Positions 14,831 to 27,697 of a DNA stretch of 64,000 bases are shown piece after piece. Under the pieces are notes generated by a model, which had not been told where the DNA came from, ran no database searches, and saw only the letters and a program-made list of their open reading frames with translations. The translations under genes were made by a program, and so were the position numbers. Each line of letters starts with the position of its first letter. Positions within the stretch are counted from its first letter, which is position 1. This stretch comes from Mobula hypostoma (lineage: Eukaryota), in contig NC_086109.1 of the NCBI RefSeq assembly GCF_963921235.1, positions 33,978,001 to 34,042,000 of the forward strand. The letters run 5' to 3'.

Positions 14831-15808
14831 TCAAAAAGACACAGAATCAATTTCAGCTTTATGAAGGGAAATTCATGTTTGACACGATTCCCAGCATTCT
14901 TTAAGGATGTAACAAAAGGGTGGATAAAGAAGAACCAGTAGATATAGGGTATTTGGTTTTCCAGAAGGCAATTGGGAGATCACACCTGGAGTACTATGTA
15001 ATGTTCACCATATTTAAGAAGCATCATACTTGGAGACAATGTAAAGAAAATTCACTGGTTGATTCCTGGAAGGAAGGAGTTCATGAATCATGAGAGGTTC
15101 TGGGAGTGATTCTGCGTTCATTGACGTTTAGAAGAATGAGAGGGGAACCTATTGAAATAAATTAGATTTTGTGTTTTATGTTGAGAAGGCATTGGGGGCT
15201 AACATGAGCCAGAGAGGGGCATACGTACAGAACAAAGGGTCATCCACTGAAGACACAGTTCAGGAGAAATTGCTTTTGCCATGGTGCAGTGACTCTTTGG
15301 TATCCTCTGCTCTCGAGAGCCATGAAGGCACATTTATTAAGCCTGCTTCAGAGGTAAAGTGGGGTTGAGGCCAAGATCAGACCAGTCATGACCTTATGGA
15401 ATGGTGAAGCAGGTTTGAAAAACAAATCAGGCTCCTCCCACTCCTGTTTCTAAGTTCCCAAATCAAACAATTGAAGTATCTAAACTGCCACAATTTTTTC
15501 ACCAGTTCTGTTGTGACATTATTCTTCTCTCTCACTCTCTTTCCTGCTCCAGTGCCATAAATATGGTAATTAGCATGCAATATATCCAAGCAGGAATTTC
15601 ATGATATTTTTAGGAAAATTACATTCATATATTCCAAAATTAAATGCCCTATCCCTCATTTTGGTTCAGTACTATGCTGTAGATCAAATGTTTGATTTTC
15701 AGTCTGTAAAACATGGGTAGGAGTCCTATGCATATTTGGTAGTGCCTAACTCCTTATTTGTAAGCTTATTGGTTTATATGCAGGATATATGACCTGTATG
15801 TTGACAGC

Positions 15809-17978
15809 TGTATGGTGCAGACTGTAATAGTAACCATAAACCAGTAGTATGTCATGTAAAAGTAAAACTTATAAAACTAAAGAAGCAAAAGCCTGAACAA
15901 TCCCTTGACTACTTGCAATTAATTAAAGAAGAAAACTTAAGACAATTATTTACAATTGAAGTAAGGAATAGATTTCAAAGTCTAGAAATAGAATCTGTTG
16001 ATGATAGCAATCATGTAGAAATGAAATTTAACTCTCTAATGGATGCCTTGGTAGAATCAGCAAAGTCAGTGATTCCTACAAAAGAAAAAAAACACAAAGA
16101 ATAAATGGATGACAGATGAAATCAAAAATCTAATGGAAGAAAGGAGACGGAAGAAAGCAAATCCTGTAGAATATAAGTCCTTAGATAAAAAAGTTAAAAG
16201 CTTATGTCAAAAAGCCAAAGAAGAATGGTTAAACCAGGAATGTGAGCAAATAGAAAGAATCCCTATTACTGATCCAAAAAGGCTACATCAACAAATCAAG
16301 AATATCACTGGTAAAAAAGCTCCTCTGTTCTTCAGTTGGATGTTTAAAAGCAAAGCATGGTACCATTATCATGGAAAAAGATGAGATTATGAACAGACTG
16401 AGTATATTCAGGAATTGTTTGAAGACGATCGAGGAGAAAAACCAGAAATTAAGAAAAATATTGAAGGTCCAAGTATTTTAAAACCTGAAGTTCATAATTC
16501 AATAAATAAGATGAAGAAAGGAAAGGAAGCAGGTCCTGATGAATCAGTAATAGAACAAATTATCACCCTTGAAGATTATGGAATTGAAAAACTTACTGAT
16601 TTAATCAATGACACTTATGAGACTGGAATAATACCAGAAGAGATAAAAAAATCAGTATTTATCACTCTTCCTAAGAAACCTGGAGCAATAGAATGTGAAT
16701 TACATAGGACCATAAGTTTAATATCACCAAGATACTTCTAAGAATTTTGATGACAAGAGCTAAAAGTAAGATACAAGCTGAAATAGGTAAAGAACAATGT
16801 GGTTTTGTGAAAGACAAAGGTACAAGAAACACAATATTGATGTTAAGGATACTATCAGAACGAACTATTCAAGTGCAAAAAGCTTTGTTTGTTTTATTGA
16901 CTACACAAAAGCATTTGATAAAGTGAAGCACAATAAGTTATTTGAAATATTACAGAAAACTCTAGATCTAGATTCGAAAGACCTCTGCCTAATCAGAAAT
17001 CTGTACTGGGAGCAAACTGCCGCTGTAAGAATAGACGGAGAAGTAAGTCAGTTTACAAAAATCAAGAGAGGCATTAGACAAGGGTGTGTTTCCTCCCCTG
17101 ATTTATTTAATGTGTACAGTGAAACAATATTACAAAAAATAAGAGACATCTGGGAATCAAAGTTGGTGCGAAAACATCAATATTTTCATATATGCAGATG
17201 ACACTGTGTTAATCGCAAGAACGGAGGAAGAACTACAAAATATAATTGATATAATTGTTGAAGAAAGTGCAACAATGGGTCTATCTATCAATTGCAAAAT
17301 TCAGAATGTATGGTGACATCCAAAAAGAAGGAGAATCCTATCTGTAGGCTGAGAATAAATGGGGAAGGCATAAAACAAGTACAGAACTTTTGCTACTTAG
17401 GAAGCTGGGTGACATCAGATGGCAGATGTGACTTGGACATCAAAAGAAGAATAGGGATGGCAAAAGACACCTTTACGAGAATGAAGAGTATACTGACCAA
17501 CACTAAACTAGGCATCACAACCCACCTCAGAGTACTGAAATGTTACGTTTATCCAGTTATGTTATATGGCTCAGAATGTTGGACAATATCTAGTAACATG
17601 AGGAAACGAATTGTAGCAGCAGAGATGTGGTTTTTGAGGAGGATGCAAAGAATATCATGGATGAAACGAATATCTAATGAGGATGTCATGAACAGAGCAA
17701 ACACAAAAAGAGAAATAATGTATGAGATCATGAAAAGGCAACATAACTTCATTGGACATGTGATTAGGAAAGAGGAGTTAAAATGCACGGTAATTATGGG
17801 AAAGATTGAAGGGAAGAAAGCAAGAGGAACACAAAGCCAAATGATGATGGAGACAGCAGCCAGAGAACTGGAAATGAATACCAATAAATTGATCCACTTG
17901 ACCCAAAACAGGAGTATGTGGGCTATGGCAGTCAAAGCATAAACTGGGCACGGCACCTGATGATGATGATGATGATGT
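15809..17978 (+). mobile_element. RTE-clade LINE, 5'-truncated, frameshifted
   Basis: Fragments GADCNSNH (endonuclease end), FIDYTKAFDKV, GIRQGC, YADD and YGSECW. It ends in a (TGA)n tail at 17958-17977, with a 10-bp target-site duplication TGTTGACAGC at 15799-15808 and 17979-17988. Confidence 0.9.
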
Positions 17979-18007
17979 TGTTGACAGCACAAGACTTTAC
18001 CAAAGCA

Positions 18008-18845
18008 CAGTGGTATGCAAAAGTTTGGGCACCCCTGGTCAAAATTTCTGTTACTGTGAATAGCTAAGTGAGTAAAAGATGAACTGATTTCCAAAAGGCA
18101 TAAAGTTAAAGACGACAAATTTCTTTAATATTTTAAGCAAGAAAACTTTTTTATTTCCATCTTTTACAGTTTCAAAATAACAAAAAAGGAAAAGGGCCCG
18201 AAGCAAAAGTTTGGGCACCCTGCATGGCAGTACTTAGTAACACCCCCTTTGGCAAGTATCACAGCTTGTAAATGCTTTCTGTAGCCAGCTAAGAGTCTTT
18301 CAATTCTTGTTTGGGGAATTTTCGCCCATTCTTCCTTGCAAAAGGCTTCTAGTTCTGTGAGATTCTTGGGCCGTCTTGCATACACTGCTCTTTTGAGGTC
18401 TATCCACAGATTCTCGATGATGTTTAGGTCAGGGGACTGTGAGGGCCATGGCAAAGCCTTCAGCTTGCACCTCGAGGTAGCCCATTGTGGATTTTGAGGT
18501 GTGATTAGGTTCATTATCCTGTTGTAGAAGCCATCCTTTTCACATCTTCAGCATTTTTACAGATGGTGTGATGTTTGTTTCCAGAATTTGCTGGTATTTA
18601 ATTGAATTCATTCTTCCCTCTACCAGTAAATGTTCCCAGTGCCACTGCCTGCAACACAAGCCCAAAGCATGATCGATCCATCCCCATAACAGTTGGAGAG
18701 GGGTTCTTTTCATGAAATTCTGCACCCTTTTTCCTCCAAACATACCTTTGCTCATTGAAGCCAAGAAGTTTGATTTTAACTTCATCAGTCCACAGGAGTT
18801 GTTTCCAAAATGAATCAAGCTTGTTTAAAGGTTCCTTTGAACCTT
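18008..18845 (-). mobile_element. Tc1-family DNA transposon, 3' half with IR/DR end
   Basis: Terminus CAGTGGTATGCAAAAGTTTGGGCACCC; the 18-bp direct repeat recurs at 18203-18220. Transposase fragments are WTDEVK, WPSQSPDLNIIENLW and AKGGVTKY. Confidence 0.9.
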
Positions 18846-18849
18846 TTGA

Positions 18850-19180
18850 ATAGAACTTTTTGGCTGCAATAAGCAAAGGCATGCTTGACTCACAGTGCAT
18901 TCTTTGGACTCTTGACAAAGCATTCCACCAAGCCATTTGCGGCTGGGTGGTATGATGCAGATGTAATGTGCCATATTACATTCATTTTCAGGAATGACTG
19001 AAACTGTTCTGCAACAAACTGTGGTCCATTGTCACTGACTAAGTGTTCTGGAACACCAGTCCTTGAGAAGAGGCTTCTGAACATGTCACCAGTGTGCAAG
19101 GCTGTAGTGGAGGCTATTGGAAACACTTCTGGCCACTTTGTATCTGCATCCACTACTACCAAGAAATTTATGCCCATCTA
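18850..19180 (-). mobile_element. Ty3/Gypsy integrase remnant
   Basis: FLVVVDADTKWPEV...LVSDNGPQF...YHPAANGLVE is an rve integrase core. Confidence 0.8.
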
Positions 19181-22100
19181 CAAAATCTGCATGAATCCTC
19201 TGCTAAGGCAATGCAGGCTATTCTCAGGGATGGAGGGGCACTGCTCTGATATGGAACCTGTATGGACTCGATGGGCCAAATGGCTTTCACAATGGGGTGA
19301 GTATTCTATGATTCTGATTTGGTATCCAAATCCTTTTATGGCTTTGTGGTACCTAACCTTCACAGGCAGCATAACAACTCTTACATTCCTTCAATTTCTT
19401 TCATACTCTTCCCCTCATTATTGGCAGCCATGTCTTCAACTATGTGGGAAGTATGTTCTGAAACTAAACATCAAAGAACAAAAAAAAATCAGGAAATTCC
19501 TTGAGGCTGCTCTGGCTTCAGAAGTGAGGCAGAATTCTTTATTCACACATCAATTCTCAATTGCAATGAAGCTTCCATTTTTTTTTGGCTAAAGCCTAGT
19601 CTGCACTGAGCTGTTCCTCTTGTTTTCTTCACATCCTTAGGTATGTACGTCATAATTTCTGCATGTCCTAAAATGTAGATCTATTCAAAGATTCAAGTGA
19701 ACTTGGTTCATATCATAAATTCCATCAGTGCAATGATGCAGTTAATGGTGCTTTCTACTCAGCTTGCTGATTGGTTGCTGTGGAGCTTGTTGAGGATTGA
19801 TATATTATTTCAGTGTAACTACCAGTACAATTAAGATGAATCTTAATGATCATGAAACAAATCAAGTGGATCTTTGCTGCACTTCATTTATTACAAGCAC
19901 ATTTTTTCTTAAGTAGATTAAAACTGTGCAGGACACTCCAAGTGCATTCTCACAAAGGCCTTACACAATTGCAGTAATACTTCCATTAGCCTGTATTCAA
20001 ATCGTCTCATAATAATGGGTAACATACCGTTTGCTCTCTAAACACTGTACCTACATAACAGCCCCCAGTAACTTATCTACATGCACACCCTAATCCCCTT
20101 TGAACAGCAACATCTTATAATCTCTCCCTATTTAGCAAATACCCTGACTTTTGGTTACGTGCACTGAAGTGGATAGCCTCAGCTTTTCCCATAAACTATT
20201 CCATCTTCCATTTTCTTGCTCACTCACTCAGCTTGTTCATGTCCCTCTGATGCCTCTTTACATCCTCCTCCCTACTCACAATCCCATTTAGTCTTCTATC
20301 CACAGCAAACTTAAACAGATGACATTTAGTTCTTTCAGCCAGATCAATGTTGTAGATTGTGACAATCTGAAGTCTGTGCACCAATCTCTATAGTATGCTT
20401 CCAATCACAGCATGGCAGAAGGAGAATAAACAGTTTATGTCCACTCTGGTTTATGTTCACTAATTAGTCTTTAATACTTTAATCCTCACCAATGTATTAC
20501 CCAAATCCTAGCTGTTTTAATACTATTGCTCTGCTTCCCATGCAGGACCTAATAGAAAGCCTTTCACAAATCCAAACAAACGATATTTACTGGTTTCCCC
20601 TTATCTATCCCTCTGGTCAAATCTTTAAAGAACTCAAAACAGGAGTCTGAATCTCAGCCTGACTTAAGAACTTAAGAAATACGAAAAGCCCAAAGGAGGA
20701 AGCAAAAATGCGTATTATAAACTGGATTTTGCAATGTACAGGGGACAATACAGAATATTGAGAAATATAACTAAAGCGTTAAGGCAGAGAAGTTAGAGAT
20801 AGAAAAACTGATACAGTCAAACTCTATTTCTTTTGTTGTGAGGATGAGATTCCATGGGTGTAAGATTATTATCTTCAAAGATGGTTATTCAGTGATAGCT
20901 ATAATTCATAATACTGAGATTTGGAGCAAGTGTTGATGGACAACAAAATTGGGCTTGATAGTACCCGAGGCATGGATATTACTAAAATGTGTATCCCCTT
21001 AATATACCAAAACAATTTCTGAAGTGTGCATATGAATACATATACACACATCAGTGATGTGAAGTGCAGTGTGCATCAACTTAGTAAAAAAAAGATGTAT
21101 TTAATATTCAACAGAATTATATAGAGTAAACAGATCATGGCATCATCAGTAGGCAAAAATGAGTTGGTATCAAATCCACTCTTCACCAACTGGCTTCTGT
21201 TGGCCACATGATATTAAAAATGTAAGCAAAAGAAGATTCTCTCTTTAATAAGATGTTCTGGAAGTGGAGCACAGTAAATGCTTTTAATGCTCTCCATTGC
21301 AAAGCCAATTTCAAAAGTCTGCGGGGAGTGGTGCAAAGAGTATCGGAGGATTCTCTGTTAACTTCAAGGCTTTAGACAAATTAAGAAATAGAAGCATTAT
21401 TGAGCCTTTCTCTTGAATCAAACATGAATAGAAAAATAAGAAGCTTCCCTGAGTAGGATATTGGTATGGAGAGGGAGAAGTAGAAGATTAAGCAGGAAGA
21501 GGAGGAAAGGAGACTGGAACCATGCAGTCCCTCAATGCCCAATGTGCTTTGTAAGTGAAGAACAAGTACAATGGCCCTAGTAACCCAGAAACCCAGAATT
21601 GCACAAAATTATCATCTTCCGTTTCTAACTGACCATCAATCATCCTCTTAAACAAATGCAAAAAAAAACTAAGCTAATTAAAAATGTCCAGTCAGAATCA
21701 AATATATAATTTAAATCAACACTATACTGCGTATAAGTTTAAACCAATTGAATGGATGCACTATCCCCACTGCTTGCCTTCTGTACATCTTTCATCTTGT
21801 TAGTACTGTCAGCCTGAAGACCCACACTCAATGATTCAGAAACAGCTTCTTCCCTGCCGTCATCAGATTTTCTGAATGATTCATGAACATTACCTCATTA
21901 TTCCCTCTCTTTGGCACATTTTATTCTGTAATCTATAGTAATTTTATGTCTTTGTAGTATACTACTGCCACAAAAACAGCAAATTTCATGCCATATAAGA
22001 CTGTGATAATAAACCCAAGTCTGATTCTGTTCTCACAAACTACTAGTCCAGCTGCTGCATTGTGCCTGATGGAGAGCTGACAGCTGTCAGTGGAGAATAC

Positions 22101-25100
22101 TGCCGTGCTGGTATATGACCCCAAGCAGCTAACATGCTCATCTCCACCCAAAGCAAGGAAAAAGGGTGCCATGGTAGTGTAGCATTTAGCATGATGCTAT
22201 TACAGCTCAGAGCGATTCAGAATTCAGAGTTTAATTTCAGTGCTGACTGTAAGGCATTTATATGTTCTCCCTCCAAGTGCTTTGGTTTCCTCCACTGTTC
22301 CCTCTATGCTGTGTGGGTCCATGGCCATGTAATACCTGATATGATCCTGCACACATTGCCTTTGTTGACAGACAGCTGGAATTTTCTTTTATATAATGTT
22401 TATATAATTTTGAAATTATGCTAATATGAAGTACCCTGTAATTGTGTTAATGAACATAATCCATAAATTTTCTGAATAATAAACATATCACAACCTTTAC
22501 TTTGAAACATTTTAGAGGTTCGATATATTTCCATTGTTTGTGTTTCAAGTTACAACACTGTTATAAATTGTAACAATAAACACAGAATGAAAGCCAGTAG
22601 TTCATTGTTGGATCTGACTGTTTAATTGTTACTTTCTTTATAGTTAAACAATTAATTATCTACTTGTATTTTAAGTATTTCTTATATGCATGTAGCAGTT
22701 CAATGTAAGATTCTGGAAACTTTGTGTTCTGCATTATTTTATTAAGAGCTACCTCATTGGTTAACTCTTGTCTACAAATTTGAATGCAATTTTTCTTATC
22801 TCTGTAGTACAAAAATAACTGACAAGGCAGCACCATCTTTCTTTTGTCTCACCCTTCACTTATTAGACTTCTATCATTTCAATTTACTTTTGTTCTATCA
22901 GCACTTAATAAAACAACTGGGAAGCAACGCATTTTGTGCCTCTTTCCTGACTTCTGAATGAACTTTGGATTAAAACATCAGAACCCTACAATGACTAAGT
23001 TTCTTTCTCCATGGAGCCACCGTCACTCCCCTGGACATTGCAATGTAATAAAGCACGACTTCATTAATCAGCACCATCCCGGTTCAAGTGAGGAAGTAGA
23101 AACCCCATTCAAATGGTAAGGAAGAGAATAAAAATAAAACAGTAACTAATGGCTGTTTGAACATCGCCATGGAATCTTTGACCTACCACATTTCCTTCAC
23201 GTTATAAAACTATGTTCAGTCTCCATAATGGTATCTTCTTCTTTTTCTTCGTTTGTCCATTGAAATCCGATGATGACGTCCACTCCTTTAACGGTGAGAT
23301 CTTTGATGACTATACCGTCCTGTCCTGGACCCACAAGCTCTATTGCAGGTGGAACATGTATACGTGGTAGTGGTGGCAACCATGGCTGCATTTCTCCTGG
23401 CTCTCTTCTGCTGTCTTCTGGTTGTTCTTTCCATCTCCAGAATATGAACCCCATCCCTACACAGCCATCGCCATGTGGTACGGTCAGCAGCAACATCCTC
23501 CAGGTCCTCGGGTCTGATCTTGCACTTCCTTAAAGCATTCTTCATCTGATTCTTATAGCACTTCTTCGGCCTTCCAGCTGAGCATCGACCATGATGTAGC
23601 TGACCGTATAACACTTTGCGGGGTAGCCGACATGGGGGCATCCTTATCTCGTGCCCCAGCCACTGCCGCTGACGCTGGGTGATCATGGCCTCAATACTCC
23701 TGTAGTTGGTCTTTACAAGTATTTCAGTGTGAGGCACCCGCTCACGCCAGGTAATTCCCAGGATGTGCTGGAGGCAGCTTATGTGGAAGCGCTCCAAGGA
23801 CTTGATGTGACGGCTGTAGGTTACCCAAGCTTTCCAACTATAAAGGAGGGTGATGACACAGACCGCTTTGTATACAGTGACCTTTGTGGAGGGACGAAGG
23901 CTCCTGTTCTGAAAGACTCTACGCCAAAGTCTCCCAAAGGCAGCTGATGCCTGTTTAATGCGGCTCTGGATGTCGTTGTCAATGCTGTTGTCCTCAGAGA
24001 GAATGCTCCCCAGATATTTGAAAGATGGCACTACTGACAGCTTTTCACCTCCAACAGTGAAGGCAGGTAGAGTGGGTGGGACACTGGCACTCCACTGGCA
24101 AACCACTTCTGTCTTGGTGGTATTGACAGTCAGCCCCATCCTGCTGTACGCTCTCACTGCCACAGCAGGGACAGTCTGAACATCCTCTGGAGTATGGGCC
24201 ACAAGAGCACAGTCATCTGCATTCTGCAGCTCCTGGACCCATTCTCTACAGAGCTTAGTGGTTGCATGAAGCCTCCTGATGTCAAAGAGGTTGCCATTTA
24301 ATCTGATGTCCACTGCCACACCACTGCTGTCTTCAATCTGGTTGTGAAGAAGCTTGATAACACACAAGAGGAACATGTTAAAGAGCGCTGGCACTAGTAC
24401 ACACCCCTGCCTCACCCCTGTGCGTACAAGGAAGGGCTTGGACTCTTGTCCTCCTATGGTCACCCGAGCAATCATCCCATCGTGGAACTGGCGGAGAATA
24501 TTAACAAATTTATTGGGACAGCCAATCCTAAGGAGGACATCCCATAAGAGCTCTCTTTGCACATGCTTAGGAGAGGTTGACAAAGGCCATAAACAGGTCC
24601 TGATGTTGCTCCTGGCACTTTTCCTGAAGCTGCCGGGCTGTAAAGATCAAGTCGATCATGCTTCTGTTCTTCCTAAATCCACACTGCGGTTCAGGCAGCA
24701 TTGACTCGGTGATGTTGCTGATGAGTCTCTGAAGCATCACCTTAGCCAGGACCTTTCCAGCAACAGAAAGGAGTGATATGCCCCTGCTATTGCCGCAGAC
24801 AGCCTTATCACCCTTGTTCTTATAAATGACAATGATGTTTGCATTTCTCCATTGCTGTGGGATGTTCTCATCAGTCCAGGCCCTGGTGATGTACTGGTAG
24901 AGGGTGCGCATACACATGTACCCTCCGTTCTTCAGTAACTCAGCGGGGATATTGTCAGTGCCAGGGGACCTGTTGTTCTTAAGGGAATGGACAGCTGATA
25001 GAACCTCCTGGAAGGTCGGTGGTAGACTGAGGTCATGGATAGGTGGAATTTCAGGCAGTCGTCCAGGATGGTGGGGTCTGTGTCAGAGTCCTGATTAAGC

Positions 25101-25531
25101 AGGGTGTTAAAATGCTCAGCCCACCTCAGCAGAATGGTATTCTGATTCTTCAGAAGTGTTCGACAGTCTGCTGCTTTCAGGGGGGTAACGCATCGATTTA
25201 TTGGGCCGTAGGTGGTTTCGACAGCATTGTAAAAATTATGCATGTCATTATTATCGGCAAAGGACTGGATTTCATGTGCCTTTTCAGTCCACCACTCATT
25301 TTGTATGGCCCGTATTGCCTTTTGCACTTTCCTCCGAGCTGCCTGCCAGTGCTGCCTGATGCTGGTGGATGACGGGTTGTCTAAAGTTGCCCGGTGTGCC
25401 TTGTGCATGTCCTTAAGCAAGTTGTGGATGGTGTCTGAGTTATCGTCAAACCAGTCTTGGTGGTCCCTGCTCTTATGGCCGATGGATTGGGCTGCTGCCT
25501 CATGGAGCGCAGAGATGATATTGGTCCATGT

Positions 25532-26221
25532 AAACACGAGGAACTCTGCAGATGCTGGAAATTCAAGCAACACACACCAAAGTTGCTAGTGAACGCAGCA
25601 GGCCAGGCAGCATCTGTAGGAAGAGGTACAGTCGATGTTTCGGGCCGAGACCCTTCGTCAGGACTAACTGAAGGAAGAGCTAGCAAGAGATTTGAAAGTG
25701 GGAGGGGGAGGGGGAGATCCAAAATGACAGGAGAAGACAGGAGGGGGAGGGATAGAGCCAAGAGCTGGACAGGTGATAGGCAAAGGGGATATGAGAGGAT
25801 CATGGGACAGGAGGCCCAGGGAGAAGGAAAGGGCGGAGGGGGGAAAAAAACCCAGATAATGGGCAAGGGGTATAGTCAGAGGGACAGAGGGAGAAAAAGG
25901 AGAGAGAGAAAAAGAATGTGTGTATATAAATAAATAACAGATGGGGTACGAGGGGGAGGTGGGGCATTAGCAGAAGTCAGAGAAGTCAATGTTCATGTCA
26001 TCAGGTTGGAGGCTACCCAGACGGAATATAAGGTGTTGTTCCTCCAACCTGAGTGTGGCTTCATCTTTACAGTAGGGGAGGCCGTGGATAGACATACCAG
26101 AATGGGAGTGGGACGTGGAATTAAAATGTGTGGCCACTGGAAGACCCTGCTTTCTCTGGCGGACAGAGCGTAGGTGTTCAGCGAAATGATCTCCCAGTCT
26201 GCGTCGGGTCTCACCAATATG
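25532..26221 (-). mobile_element. Penelope-like element 3' end (GIY-YIG endonuclease C-terminus + 3' repeat with hammerhead motif)
   Basis: 26221-25967 translates to HIGETRRRLGDHFAEHLRSV...PVATHFNS...LEEQHLIFRLGSLQPDDMNIDF*, a typical PLE GIY-YIG tail. Confidence 0.85.
25630..25665 (-). ncRNA. Minimal type-I hammerhead ribozyme motif
   Basis: Minus strand AGTC-CTGACGA-A-GGGT(CTCG)GCCC-GAAA-CA-TC-GACT: stem I AGTC/GACT, CUGANGA core, stem II, GAAA and a UC cleavage site. Confidence 0.7.
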
Positions 26222-26254
26222 ACAGCGGTATCGTTGGTAGACTGGATGGTGAAA

Positions 26255-26540
26255 AAGTCAGGGCATAAAGCACAGGAGTTGGCATATTATGTCACAGTTG
26301 TATAAGTCTTTGGTGAGGTCACAGCTGGAGGACTGTGTATAGTTCTGGTTGCCCTGTTATAGGAAAGATGTGGATAAAGTGCCCAAAAAGACTGTGAGAG
26401 AGATTGGATTTAAAAGGGGTCTTGGGGGAAAACCTTTGGCAAACAGAGGTTGGTGAGGAAGTGGTTGAGTTAGATACAGTAGTATCACTTAAACAGCACT
26501 TGGATAGGTTCCTGGAGGGATGGGACTTAGAGGGGGTCAC
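26255..26540 (+). mobile_element. CR1 LINE 3' fragment
   Basis: Translates to QLYKSLVRSQLEDCV*FWLPCYRKDV, a typical CR1 ORF2 C-terminus. Confidence 0.7.
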
Positions 26541-27565
26541 TGGAGTCAGTGCAGTTTCATTCAAATTCATTTAGATGCAAGGGTAGAGGAAGTGCGAAGG
26601 GAGTAAAGAAGGTCAAAAAAATCGCAGATGTTCCTCCAGAGAACCTCACAATTGCGTAGGGCCAGTTTCAAGATTTGTTGTATTTGTGGCAGCAGCAGAG
26701 TGCAATTTATAAAATTACTACAGTGCTGTGCAAAGGTCTTAGGCACCCTAGCTATATATACTGTATGTGCCTAATAGTTTTGCACAGTACTGTAGTTCAG
26801 AAATATGTCTGCAAGTAGAAGGGTTTGTAATAATCTTTCACCCAGGAACAAGTGAAGAAGTCTATTTCCTGGATGCCCTAAAAATGTGGCAATATCATTC
26901 CGTGGTCCTGACTGCAGATGTAGCTGACGGACTTTGATCTCTTCTTGGCAGATCTATAATAATTTGAGAAGATGGATACATATTGCCCCTGGGAGGCAGC
27001 AACTTTATCCCCATCAGATACAGCCAAATCCAAGATGGCGAGCCCTCCCCTCCATGTATGAGTGATCAGTATGAAAATAGATACCAGGACAACAAGAGGG
27101 CTTCCTACCACTTCTCCATCACATACAAGCCTGAGGAGAGAGCATGTTAAAGAGCAGGACAGTAGGCTGACGACCAAGTGAAACTCCTCTCATAGCAGTT
27201 CATTGCTTCTAACACCATATGTCCTGGGCTCCTTTTCACTTGAGCTGCTTTATAAATGCAATGTTACTTGCAAGTAACAACTGCTCAGTTGCCAGGAGCA
27301 GTTTCGTGGTCTTTTCAGTACCATTCACCCATAGCCGATGTAGCAATGCCTATCCTATCTATCCATGAAACACGGTTTATTTTTATTTTGTTTTGAGATA
27401 CAACACAGTAACAGGCCCTCTGCCCTATGAGACCGCATTCCCCAATGACACCCATGTGACCAATGAACCTACTCGGCCATACGTCTTTGGAAAGTGGAAG
27501 GAAAGTGGAGCACCTGGAAGAAAACCATATGGTTACCAGGAGAACTTACAAACTCCTTACAGTAA

Positions 27566-27697
27566 ACAACAGGAATTCTGCAGATGCTGGAAATTCAAGC
27601 AACACACATAAAAGTTGCTGGTGAACGCAGCAGGCCAGGCAGCATCTCTAGGAAGAGGTGCAGTTGACGTTTCAGGCCGAGACCCTTCGTCAGGACT
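27566..27697 (-). mobile_element. Short Penelope-derived insert with hammerhead motif (27662-27697), inside a minus-strand tRNA-SINE
   Basis: Nearly identical to 25532-25665. Flanked by the direct repeat ACTCCTTACAGTAA at 27552-27565 and 27695-27708. Confidence 0.8.

Larger units (their letters stand above)
23234..26252 (-). mobile_element. RTE/BovB-like LINE, frameshifted, interrupted near its 5' end by a Penelope-like element
   Basis: ORFs 23288-24583, 24567-24917 and part of 24932-25573 contain RGISLLS, GVRQGC, ELQNADD and a C-terminal CxxC...HxxxH. A (GAA)-rich tail lies at 23234-23250. Joining 26221 to 25531 restores the reading STNDTAV-TWTNIISAL. Confidence 0.9.
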
